From the NCBI RefSeq assembly GCF_026571515.1, contig NW_026851541.1, positions 1-64,000 of the forward strand: a DNA stretch of 64,000 nt, written 5' to 3'. Origin of the DNA: Ruditapes philippinarum (taxonomy: Eukaryota). The notes under the pieces were generated by a model. It worked only from the letters and a program-made list of their open reading frames with translations, had not been told where the DNA came from and searched no databases. A program made the translations under genes and the position numbers. How positions within the stretch are numbered: the first letter of the stretch is position 1; every line of letters starts with the position of its first letter. Positions 1-11,575 of the stretch are shown one piece after another.

Positions 1-65
1 ATTCATTCATTCATTCATTCATTCATTCATTCAAATATTCATTTTATTCCATTCCATTCCATTTC
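1..65. repeat. (ATTC)n / (ATTCC)n microsatellite
   Basis: Direct: about 8 perfect ATTC units followed by degenerate ATTCC units. Confidence 0.95.
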
Positions 66-2257
66 AATTTCATGTATATGTAATTTTACATAAATATATT
101 ATTCCATGTCTTACAGACAAAATCAATTTTGAATAATAAACAATAACTGTCTCAATTGATATGATATTGTGAAATATAATTATAATATATTGAATGATTG
201 TATAATATTATGAATATTGTGTTGCTGCATCAATTCATAGTACCAGCACGTTTCAACATTATGAGAAGAAGCTAAGAACCTATATTTTTGAAAATATGTA
301 TTAAGATATGTGTTGTGAAGTTGAAAAATGTATGTCACAATTGATTGGTTTTATTTTAATGAACCACAGTGATTGTAATGGCAGGTCTTCTCCAGGCAGC
401 ATGAGCATTTGATTTACTTGACAGAAATTTGCAAAAGAAAAAAAGTTATCTGAAAAACTCTGAAATAAACAATAGATTAAATTTTAATGTTCATTTTAAA
501 ACATTATTAAGGAAAGGGCTATACAATAACTTAAGGATTGTTACAAGTTTCTGATCTTTTCTTATTATTTTTATTTCGTTTTTGACATTTTTCTATTATT
601 TCTATTATGATCTAAAAATGTTTGGTAGGAAATCATTGAAGTTTAGTCTGTCTCGGAGACTTAAATGTTGCTTATACTTGAGGTGAATTTTTTTTCTTTA
701 GAAATATTGTTGATGATGTCTGTGCAGAAGTTTTTGTTCATAAATTGAAATATGACAAATATTATATTTGATTGCGGGAATAACATTTTATAATTTGTAT
801 TAAAGGTTTTCTCTAATTCAACTTGTCATTCCAACTGAGGGCTTATGCAAGCATATTAAAATACAATATTTTACAGAAAAACACATTTACCAAATATTTT
901 CTTAATTATGTTATGAGTTCACATTATTATGAAGTATGGGTTTTATATGTATTTCCTTTTTGTCATCCATTAATTTCCCATCTCCATGGTAAACGGGGAA
1001 ATGTAAATTTAAAACAGTTTATGAATATATAATAATACTTATGTTGCGTGGAAATTTTGTTAAGCACAGTTATTTAAAACCCATCTTATGGCGGCATCAC
1101 ATAGATGCAGAAGATATTAACTCGTGCAAAATGTGTGCCGTTTTCTCATTTAAAATCGCAAAAAAATCCATTTGTTTCCATGCATTCACATCAAGGTTAC
1201 GGTATATCTTCTTCTTAGTTATGTAGAAGGAACGGTGATTCTATTTTTCCTTGCACAGATTAACATTTTTGCTTTAAATGTTGAATCTATATATATTTCA
1301 TATTCTTTATACTGTTTCAAAGAATTTCATTAAGGTTGCTGATTAACGTGCATATATCATTTTTCAAATAAAGCAATTTACTATTTTCTTTTGAAAGTAC
1401 AATTTCCCCTCTGTATCGTAGCCAAGATTAAAAGTTAAATATTGTTATTATATTTTGGAAACAAACAATTTCCTTTATTTTGGCAGCATATCTGTTTTCA
1501 GAAAGACTAGGAAATCTAGTTAGATTTTTTATCAGAATGAAAAATGAGACGGCTAATGGTGTACGGGGTGTATCTCCAAAAACATAAACACTCCAACACA
1601 TGTTTGCACCAACTAGGAAAACAGACATAATCTGTAGGCATTTCTGCCTTGATACAGTTTTTTTTCTTTCTTATTTCATATCCGTGCAAGAATATCTACA
1701 GAATTTATGCTGTGATTATGATGAAAAAAAAAAAAAAAAAATAAAAATTACTAATAGTAATATTAAAATTTTGCTTTTACTTCTAAAATTAAACCAGTTC
1801 CATATTTTCAGGACATGGAAGGAAAAATACTTATAAGTCATTTTTTGTTGTTAATATTATACATGCATTGTATGCTGTATTAGAGGTATCGCATTTTCTT
1901 CACAGTGAAAACTTATGGTTTTCTACAGATCAAAATCTCAAAAAAATCTTTTTTTGCTACAAAATTATTTATATGATATAAATACAATTTTTTTTTTCTA
2001 AAATGAATTCAATTTTTGTACATTTCTCTATGTACTCTTTTCTTGTTTTTTTCTTCTCATTGTTCAGTTTGAATTAATTAATGCATGTACATTTCATGTA
2101 TATCATATTTTATTGCATCTTATTGCAAGTTGCAAAAAATAGTATTAAGTCACAAAAATAATTGTCAATAATAGTAATCATTATTTAGATCAGTAATTTA
2201 AATTGCCAGAGATTATTATAAAAGTATATCCTGTTTGTTATCCTGTTTGTTATCTTA

Positions 2258-2749
2258 ATTTCTTTCTTGTGAATTTTTCATTCATTATTCTGTAAATGCC
2301 CTCAAAATGAATATACTAGGCAGTCACAGGAACAAAACTTTTCTCATTATAAAGTTTTTAATGATGGTTTTCTAACTTGACCCATGTGGGTCAGGTTAGA
2401 GCGTTAAGATTTCACAATACTTGTTACAGTGAACTTTGACAAAAAACGTTAAAGAACATGTGAAATGAATGACTTAGACTTGTTTCAATAATACAATATC
2501 CACAATATCTGTTATTGTAACTTCCAGGGTTTGATCAAGTCACAAAACTTGTTTTAAAACTACTCGCTGATTCTGTCAGCTTTTAAATTTCGTTCAACAT
2601 ATATAAATATATTTACACTTCAAACCCAAAATATATAAAATTCAATACAGAAATTCATGCTGGGATTTTTAAAAAACACCCTATTTAGGGTGATTTGAGC
2701 TCATAAGATCATTTTCAGATTTTTGTCATTAATGTACCTGAGTATCCCT
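2258..2749 (-). mobile_element. Kolobok/T2-type MITE, copy 1 (one terminus truncated)
   Basis: Reverse-complement homolog of 9025-9533 along its whole length (e.g. TTGACCCATGTGGGTCAGGTTAGAGCG vs CGCTCTAACCTGACCCACGTGGGTCAA). Ends in ...TATCCCT|TTAA at 2749/2750-2753; ~25 bp of the other terminus is missing. Confidence 0.85.
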
Positions 2750-3176
2750 TTAACATTATTGAGCATAATTATTCTGTTTGTTATCTTATTAAGGTTGAGC
2801 ATAATTATTCTATTTGTTATCTTAATATGGTTGAGCATAATTATTCTGTTTGTTATGTTAACATGGTTGAGCATAATTATGCTGTGTGTTATCTTAATAT
2901 GGTTGAGCATAGTTATTCTGTGTGTTATCTTAACATGATTGAGCATATTCTGTTTGTTGCCTAATTATGTTTGAGTGTATCCTGTTTGTTATCTTAATTT
3001 GGTTGAGCATAACTATTCTGTTTGTTATCTTAATATGATTGAGCATAATTATTCTGTTTGTTATCTTAATGTGGTTGAGCATAATTATTCTGTTTGTTAT
3101 CTTAATGTGGTTGAGCATAATTATTCTGTTTGTTATCATGTCATGGTTGACCATAATAATGCTGTTTGTTATCTTA

Positions 3177-3470
3177 GAGTGTCCAAATTACGTGACTCTC
3201 CACGGTTTTTTGTTTTTTGTGGTACTATATTACTAAGAACTTTAACAATTTGTGGTTTTGATACATTGTTAATTGAACGTACTGCAGTTCAGCAAATGAT
3301 ATGAATAAATACTCTTTCTACGAATTATTTTACCACTCAAATTATATAATTATACATTGAACATTTGTTTAAAGAGCCTCTACTAACATTGTATTTATTA
3401 CTAACCACATTTATTCATGTTAACATGAAATGTGTGTAATAAAGGAAATTTGACTTGACTTGACTTGACT
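3177..3470 (+). mobile_element. 5'-truncated non-LTR retrotransposon (LINE) 3' end with (TGACT)4 tail
   Basis: Begins in a frame reading LECPNY, resembling the end of a LINE ORF2 zinc knuckle. AATAAA at 3438-3443, tandem tail TGACT x4 at 3451-3470, then the minisatellite resumes in register. Confidence 0.65.
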
Positions 3471-5884
3471 TAACATGGTTGAACATATTCTGTTAAAGTA
3501 GTTCCTGCTTTTGCATATCATGTTTGTTGTTTTTTCATGTTTTAGTATGTCCAGTTTGTTGTGTTATCAAACTTTTTGTTATATACATGGACACCTTTTA
3601 ATCTCCTAGGGTGCAGGCAACAAGGCTTTATCTGCATATTAAAGCTTATAACTTCTTTTAGTAGGCATGAACAGTTCCAAATTTAAATTAGTCAGGAAAA
3701 TGATTTTAAAACAAAGATATGATAAATAGCATAGAAGTGTTACATGAGAGCAAACACCTACCTTTATAACCATAAATATAACCTATAACAGCTGGTCTGT
3801 TGCTGAGTGGGCTTAATCATTATTAGCCAGTGGTATCAAGTCCAATCCCAAGTTTGCTGGCATTTTTCTTTATGCATTTGCATTTTTCTATTACTAGATC
3901 TGATTTGTAAGAGTAACTTAATGTTGATTTAGACTATTCAATAAAAATTAATTTGAATATAAAGGAAAATTCACTCTTGGTCAGAATATTGCTGTAAAAG
4001 AATGTTATGTGAACAGGTGACAGGTTTGCCTGTTTGTTGCATTTATAAGAGTTTGTGTTAATCAGTTCTAAGTGTTCCGATACAAAATTTACAACCATTT
4101 TCATAATTTCAACTCAACAATATACCAAACAGATAAATACTAGAAACTCAAGAAAATATATGTACATATTTGTTAGATTTCCTTATGTATTTTAGATAGG
4201 GTATCATATTCTGGAAGCATTCACCAAGTTATCCAAACTGTCTGTTATCAAAGCTGTCTGGCCAGCTAATTTTATTCTGTGTCTTATCAATTATTTACAT
4301 GATATTCACCAATTACATGTAATCATGTCTGTCAATTTAACTAATTTGTTGTTTGGTGCATGATAGAACATTTTTGTTTCATACCGTTGTTGTGTTTTGA
4401 CAGCTTATATTTAACTGGTTACAGGGTAACAAGTATATTGTTACACTGGGGTGATGCAGTGACAGCTCATCTAATTCAGTTTGACATAACACTTAGCAGT
4501 ATAATGTTGAAGGGTAAAAAAAACCCTGAAATTTTGTTTTTACATCATAATAACCTGAAATTCATTTTTGATATTTTATATGATATGCATACTTGAAAAA
4601 TAATTTAATTTGTAAGGCACCAACAAGTTTTGTTGATATCTTAATAAATTTAATAAAAATAACTGTAGGTATAAACATTTTTTTTTATTAAATATATTTT
4701 AAGGCATGTTTTTAAGTTGTGTTTATTAAATAAATTAAAAGTTGACCTCTTAACCTATACTGGTATAATTCACAGAATGTTAAAAAAATAATATGAGAAC
4801 TAAGTAAGGCTCAAACCCAGAAGTATTCCTTTGTTATGAAGTAAACACCAGATTCATTGGGCCATCTTCCACTTTATATATGCATAAGGTATGATAATTT
4901 TCTGGTTAATAAATGCTTTACTGGTTAATGTTTTATGTGCATTTGTGGGCACTGATTTCAAACCTCTTACAACACACTTCTTTGAAATAAAGTTGGAAGT
5001 CGTCTGAGAAAATGTTTAAATAAAGGTTACTTAAAGATGATTTAGATGCTTCTGTGACATGGAACAACCAATACTTATATCAGTAAAAATATGTTCCGTA
5101 AGCAATGCTTGAACCAATGATCAATGGATTTAGAGGTAGATGTGTTAGATGTGTGCTTGTTCAACACTGTCCTATCTGTCTGTCTGCTTGTCTGTCTGTT
5201 TATTAAAACATATACCCAGTAATATAATTACAGTAAACACAAAAAAAAAAATACATCAAATCATAATAAGATGTCATGTCAAAATTGGAAAAAAAAAACA
5301 TATAATTTATAGTAAACACAGAAAATTTACATCAAAACACAGAATAATATGATGTCAAGATATAAAAAAATGTGTTCCTTAAGTTTCAGACATGATAAGT
5401 TGATGAGTATAGTCTGTATCAAACTAAGACTACTGTATGATAACATGTTCACTTAACAAAGTAAATCATGGCTTCACATAATGTTATGACAAGCATCTTA
5501 AGTGTATGGAAACTTGAGGATATTTGTCTTAACATAGAAGTGGTATCCATTTGTTACAGTGATTAAAGAAAACTGTCAAAATAGTAGGGAGAAATTAGAC
5601 AATAGCTTTTAGCCATAGCTGATTGGTGTGAGATGTTAGTTAATTAATGATCACATTTTATACAAGAAACATAAATGTGAGTTGACAACAGGAAATGTAA
5701 GTTGTCTCTATTTTGTAATAGTGATATGATAAAAAACAACTCAAAATCATTTTGATGTGTTTAGTTAAATTTTTGACAATGTTAAATGAAAGGTAAAAAA
5801 AAGTGTATATGAGACAGTTATAGAGAGACCCTTGAAGACCTCTGCTACCTTTTAAAAGTTATGGATTTTTGGTGAAGTCGATGT

Positions 5885-7210
5885 TATGTTAACCCTTGTC
5901 TGTTCATAGTTGCCATCTATTCTGTTCAAAGTTAACCTTGGTTCAATGTCCACTTTTTGTCTTTTCACAGTAAAGATAATGTTTGTCTGTTCATAGCTAA
6001 CTTTCATTTTTTCATTGTTAACTTTAGTGTATGTTCATGAATAAACCTTGTCTGTTCAAAATCTAACTTTGGTTTGTTCTTAGTTATCTTTTTGTCTGTT
6101 CATAGTTAACCATTGACTGTCCATAGTTTGTAGTAAACTTTTGTTTGTTCCTTGTCTTTTCATAATTAACATATCTGCTCAATCTTTACCTTTAACTGTT
6201 TATAATCTGTATTTGTTTGTTCAAAGTTTACCTTTGTCTGTTCATAGTAAAACATTGTTGGTTCATAGTCAACAACCATTTGTCTATTCAAAGTTAACTT
6301 TTGTTTGTTCTTTTTATTTACTTTTGTCTGTTCAAAGTTTCCATATGTTTGTGCATAGCCAACCATTTGTCTACTTTTGTTTATTTATTATTTACATTTT
6401 TCTGTTCATAGTTAACATGTGTTATGTCATAGTTAACTTTTGTTTGTTTATAGTTAAACGTTGTCCTTTTCATAGTTTACCTTGGTCTGTTCCTAGTTAA
6501 AGTTTGACTGGTCATAGTTAACATTTTGTCTGTTCCTAGTAAAGTTTAACCTTTTTCTGTTCATAGTTAATCTTTTTCTTTTAAAAGTTTACACTTGTCT
6601 GTCAATAGTTAACATTGTGTGTTCAAAGTTAACTTTCATTTGTTCATAGTAAACTTTTGTCTGTTCTTTTGCCTGTCCTTCAATAAGATTTATCTGACAT
6701 TTTTCTGTCCATAGTAAACCTCTATCCACAGTTGACCTTTGTCTCTTAATTATTTACCTTTCTCTGTTAATAGTTAACCTTTGTTTGTTGATAGTTAACT
6801 GTTGTCTATTCATAGTTAAACTTTTATATATTTTGCCTGTCCATAGTTAACTTTTGCCTGTTCATAGTTTACCTTTAGTTGTTCATAGTTTACCTTTGTT
6901 TGTTTTAAGTTAAATTAAAACCTGTTCATAGTTAACCTTTTTATGTTAGCAGTTAACTTTTTACCTGTTTATAATTTAGCTTTTGTCTCTTTATATTCAA
7001 CATTTGTCTGTAGCTTACTTTACTTTGTTCGTAGCTGACATTTGTCAGTTCATAGTTAAATTTTGCCTGTACATAGTTGTCTGTTCAGTTATTATTTAAT
7101 AATCTGTTTACAGTAACTGTTCTCTTCATATTTAACTTTTGTCTGCTTATATTGAACATTTGTATGTTCGCAGTAAGCTTTTGTTTGTTTTAGTTGATAT
7201 TTGATATATA
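5885..7210. repeat. Degenerate ~21-22-bp minisatellite (GTTAACCTTTGTCTGTTCATA)
   Basis: Dozens of decayed copies of CATAGTTAAC / TTTGTCTGTT; fades out toward ~7700. Source of ORFs 6141-6500 and 6166-6366. Confidence 0.85.
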
Positions 7211-7272
7211 TGCAGTCAAGTTTTGATCTTTAAACTCAATTTAGCACAAAGTGGTCAGAGATGACAATGTAT

Positions 7273-7309
7273 CAGGTGAGCAATACTAGGCCATCATGAC
7301 CCTCTTGTT
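7273..7309 (+). mobile_element. 3' terminal fragment of a Helentron-associated (HINE/pearl-like) element
   Basis: CAGGTGAGCAATACTAGGCCATCATGACCCTCTTGTT: subterminal AGGTGAGC, an imperfect hairpin (GGCCATCATGACC) and a CTTGTT end, matching the recalled bivalve HINE 3' terminus. Confidence 0.6.
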
Positions 7310-8046
7310 ATTTTTTGTTTGTTGTTGAGTTTTCAACTGTTTCTATTTGATGTGGTAGTATAGTTTATTATTTTGGTCATTTCCCGTTTGATTTAGATCT
7401 GTTCTGATGTTATCTTTGTTGTTCTGATTTCATGTTTAGTCTTTTTGTAGTTATCATCTGGTCTTTTCTAATTTTGCTATGTTTTGTTCCTGGTTAACCA
7501 TATGTTTTTTTTGTCCTTACTTGAGGTTTAGTTTGTTTTTCCTTGACTTTTTGTCTGATCCAATTTTGATCATTGGTCTGTTCCAGGTTGACTATTCTTC
7601 TTATTGTAGTACATACATGTGACGTCCTTTGTTCCCTACTTGACTGTTTGACAGATCATAGTTGACATTGGTTTGTTTCTATGTTTAACTTTCGGACAAT
7701 TTCGAAGTGTTAGTACTTGGAGCATTAAAGACTTTTTGTTGTTATTTTAGAACTACAAGTACAGACATAATGTATAATTGTCAATCAGTGTTAATAAAAT
7801 GTCATCTCCCATGTCAAGCCATGTAATTGTTTATAACAACAATACCAGGTAATGCTACAATCATGTTATATTAATTGATAGAGGACAAATCATTCTGCAA
7901 CTTGTCAACCTGCCTTGTTAACACAAAGGTCGGAACACTTGAGAAACTAATATTACATGACATAAATAGGTCAGAGTAAAAAAAAATGTGTTTAATTAAA
8001 AATATATTCAAATGACACTTCTTCAGTACAATTAAATTATGTCTTT

Positions 8047-8262
8047 TTCAACACTTTTCCCACTAAATGTACTTGTCAGTATTTCAATCCTAAAAAAAAC
8101 CCAAAAACTCTTACATCAATTTTAGAGAAAAATTTTGAAATTTATACTGACTGAATAGTGAACAATGCAGACCATGATCAGACAGCATGGATGTACCAGT
8201 TGATCATGGTCTGCACTGGTCACATTGATTGATTCTGTAGCTGCCAGCAGTCAACATTATAA
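8047..8262. mobile_element. Palindromic ~200-300-bp MITE family (TTAACCC...GGGTTAA type), degenerate copy
   Basis: Perfect 15-bp internal inverted repeat TGCAGACCATGATCA (8166-8180) / TGATCATGGTCTGCA (8201-8215). Collinear with the copy at 43063-43272. Confidence 0.7.
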
Positions 8263-8275
8263 GCATTGTAAACAT

Positions 8276-8510
8276 TTTTTAGCTCGATTATTTTAACAAT
8301 AGGGAAAGCTTTTGTACTTGCCAAGGCATAGGCATTAGGGTCACACTTTGCTTTGCATGCAATTAAGTTTGTATCTCCAAAACTAATGAAGGGAATGGGT
8401 TGGAACTTCACATACTTTTTTGTGAGCGTAATAGGTCAATGTCCAACGCCAGTAACTTTAACATGGATGGATTTTAACAGAATAATGGCCCGCTTTGAAG
8501 TTACAGGCAT
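8276..8510 (+). mobile_element. HINE/Helentron-associated element, 5' fragment
   Basis: Starts TTTTTAGCTCGATTATT...GAAAGCTTTTGTACTTGCC, then one satellite-like monomer (TATCTC...AACTTCACA...CAGTAACTT...AGAATAATGGCCC). Related start at ~24641. Confidence 0.55.
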
Positions 8511-9024
8511 AAGGCACTTTTGCCATGCTTATAATGGTTAAATTATCATAGAATAATCACCCCCTGATCATCAAGAACAAAAGTACCCATTTACTATAAA
8601 TAATATATACATATATATTTTATATAGTTAACAGGTGCTTATTCTATGATAATTTGACCATTATTGGCATGGCAAATGTGCCCTTCCCCTGTGTTTGATT
8701 CTATCAAGACCTTAGAATAATCATGCATGCTGTCTTTAATACTGACAGATCTGGTTTGCTATACTACATGAGAAATTGGTATCTTGATATTTAGTAGCAC
8801 CATTAGTCTAAAATATACCTATTAGAATACAATATGTATGTAGTTTATATCTAATTTACCTTTATTCTGTGTTGCAATTTCAGTAATTTTGATAATAATT
8901 GTAAAAACTTTATTTAACAAGAGTATTTATTTGGAAAACATTTCAATCTTCCATTAGGCCCTCATCAAGAACAACATAATTATATTTAAAAAAAATCATT
9001 TTGTATATCACAGTAAACCTTTAA

Positions 9025-9533
9025 AGGGATATTCAGGCAAAATAATGACAAAAATATTAAAGTGATCTTATGTACTCAAATCACCCTAAAATGACATTTA
9101 ATGAAGTTTTAGCATGAATTTCTGTTTAAATTCTAAATATTTTTGGGTTTGAAGTGCAAATATATCTATATATGTTGAACAAAATTTAGACCCGAATAGA
9201 ATCACCAAATAGTTTTAAAACAAGTCACGTGACTTGAACAAACCCTTGACGTTACAACAACAGATATTATGGATATTGTATGATTGAAAGAAGTCTAAGT
9301 CATTCATTTGACATGTTTTTTAACGTTTCCAGAGTTCACTTTGACAACTATTGTGAAATCCTAGCGCTCTAACCTGACCCACGTGGGTCAAGTTAGGAAA
9401 CCACCATTTCATTCTTTATATGGAGAAAAGTTTTGTTCCTTTGACTGTCTAAAATATTCATTTTGAGGGCATTTACAGAATAATGAATGAAAAATTCAAA
9501 ACTAAGAAATGAAAATGTTGCCTGTGTCTCCCT
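9025..9533 (+). mobile_element. Kolobok/T2-type MITE, complete copy (509 bp)
   Basis: TTAA target duplication at 9021-9024 and 9534-9537. Imperfect terminal inverted repeats (TIRs) AGGGATATTCAGGCAAAAT / ATGTTGCCTGTGTCTCCCT. No ORF. TTAA plus AGG termini are characteristic of Kolobok/T2 MITEs. Confidence 0.88.
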
Positions 9534-10236
9534 TTAAATTGATCATATTGTTTCCTGATTATTATTATTGGGACGGTTTGACAGGACAATGTTATAGAGC
9601 TGGGCTGATATTTTAACTGTCACCATTTTCTCAAGGGAAACTCATTCATTTTTTGTTCTGTAAAATATTAACAATGACAGATGAAATAAATTTTGATAAA
9701 TTTGGTTACAAGTATTGTTTAAAGACTGTTTATTGAAATATGATTGTCAATGAATGAGGAGTAGATAAAGTGGGCATGTCTAGACCATGTAAAGCCTGGG
9801 AATGTAATGTAGAGGTCAGAGGCATGCTTGATTTATTGTTCAGACAAAATCTGATTGTTACACTTGTCAGCCACCATTGAACACCATTTCCATATAAATT
9901 TATCACAGTTACAAAGTCACCAGAAACAACACCTTAACCTTTTGTTGAAGAGCTATTGTAATATGAAGGGTTTTTAATCTTTAACAATGTCATCCTTTAT
10001 TACAAGTCATTCCATTTAACAAAATTTTGAATCTGTCTGATTGTCCACCCTGTATTGTCTATCTGTCTGTCTCTATGATTTTGAAATCTGTATTTTTTGT
10101 TGCTATCTGTTTATCCAGCCATATTTATTCATAATTATGTTCATCTATCAAGTCATGTTTTTCTTTTTATTTGTCAATCCATGCCATATGATCATCTTTC
10201 TTTCTATCAGTCCACATGTTTGTCTGTCTGTCTGTC

Positions 10237-10950
10237 TGTTAATCCATATATCAAACTGATAAGCCATGTTTGCCTTGCTGTCTGGTATACCTTCTGTTTG
10301 TCAATATTATGTTTGTCTGTCTGTATGTTAATCCATATATCAATCTGATAAGCCATGTTTGCCTTGCTGTCTGGTATACCTTCTGTTTGTCAATATTATG
10401 TTTGTCTGTCTGTATGTTAATCCATATATCAATCTGATAAGCCATGTTTGCCTTGCTGTCTGGTATACCTTCTGTTTGTCAATATTATGTTTGTCTGTCT
10501 GTATGTTAATCCATATATCAATCTGATAAGCCATGTTTGCCTTGCTGTCTGGTATACCTTCTGTTTGTCAATATTATGTTTGTCTGTCTGTATGTTAATC
10601 CATATATCAATCTGATAAGCCATGTTTGCCTTGCTGTCTGGTATACCTTCTGTTTGTCAATATTATGTTTGTCTGTCTGTATGTTAATCCATATATCAAT
10701 CTGATAAGCCATGTTTGCCTTGCTGTCTGGTATACCTTCTGTTTGTCAATATTATGTTTGTCTGTCTGTATGTTAATCCATATATCAATCTGATAAGCCA
10801 TGTTTGCCTTGCTGTCTGGTATACCTTCTGTTTGTCAATATCATGTTTGTCTGTCTGTATGTTAATCCATATATCAATCTGATAAGCCATGTTTGCCTTG
10901 CTGTCTGGTATACCTTCTGTTTGTCAATATTATGTTTGTCTGTCTGTCTG
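10237..10950. repeat. 89-bp tandem repeat, 8 near-identical copies, embedded in TCTG-rich sequence
   Basis: Unit TGTTAATCCATATATCAATCTGATAAGCCATG...TGTCTGTCTGTA; the 64-aa ORFs recur every 89 bp. Only isolated substitutions. Confidence 0.97.
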
Positions 10951-11575
10951 TCTGTTAATCTAGATGTTAATCTATTAAGCCATAATTATATTTGCCTTTC
11001 TATTAATCTGTTAATCTGTTAATCTTCTCACTACCTATCCATTTTTTTCCAATAAGACAACAATACTGTACTCGGATCTGTTCAGAGAAGTTTGAAAAAG
11101 TTACATAATAACAATTAGGCAGAATGAAAACTGTATAATAGATTTTTTTTGAATTTTGCATGATCTTAGAATATGAAAAGCAAAATAAAAAGAATTTGGG
11201 CCACCAAAATAAGTTATCTACCCTTGAATATGAATTTTTTGCTTGTTTCAAGGGCAGACAATTCATATTGAAGGTAGACAAGATATTCATGTAGCTGATA
11301 TCTCAAAAGTGATTGAGCAAAGTTTTAAAAATTAGTAGAACTATGCCAAATTTCTAAAAGATAAACCAGTAGTAAATATAAAATATGTCAGACTTAAGTA
11401 TAGTTTATCTGCCCTTGAAATGATAGAATATTCAAATTCAAGGGTAATTAACTTATTATGATACATGTATTTAAATATCATCTGATTGTTGGCAACATTG
11501 ATAGATCTATACACCAGTATAGTAAGCCTTGGTAGTCTTAGTGTATTGCTGGTATTAGTATTTTGTTAAGAACAA

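Larger units (their letters stand above)
2229..3495. repeat. 36-bp minisatellite (TTGAGCATAATTATTCTGTTTGTTATCTTAATATGG), interrupted by a MITE and a LINE fragment
   Basis: Core array 2750-3176 (~12 units). Partial units at 2229-2258 and 3471-3495 flank the two insertions. Explains the 12-aa repeat ORFs (MLNHIKITNRII). Confidence 0.93.

Noticed and set aside
2701-3304. Repetitive ORFs (MLNHIKITNRII etc.)
   Set aside because: Read-through of the 36-bp minisatellite; open in several frames and on both strands.
10251-10890. Six near-identical 64-aa ORFs resembling a tandem gene array
   Set aside because: They are overlapping translations of the 89-bp repeat.
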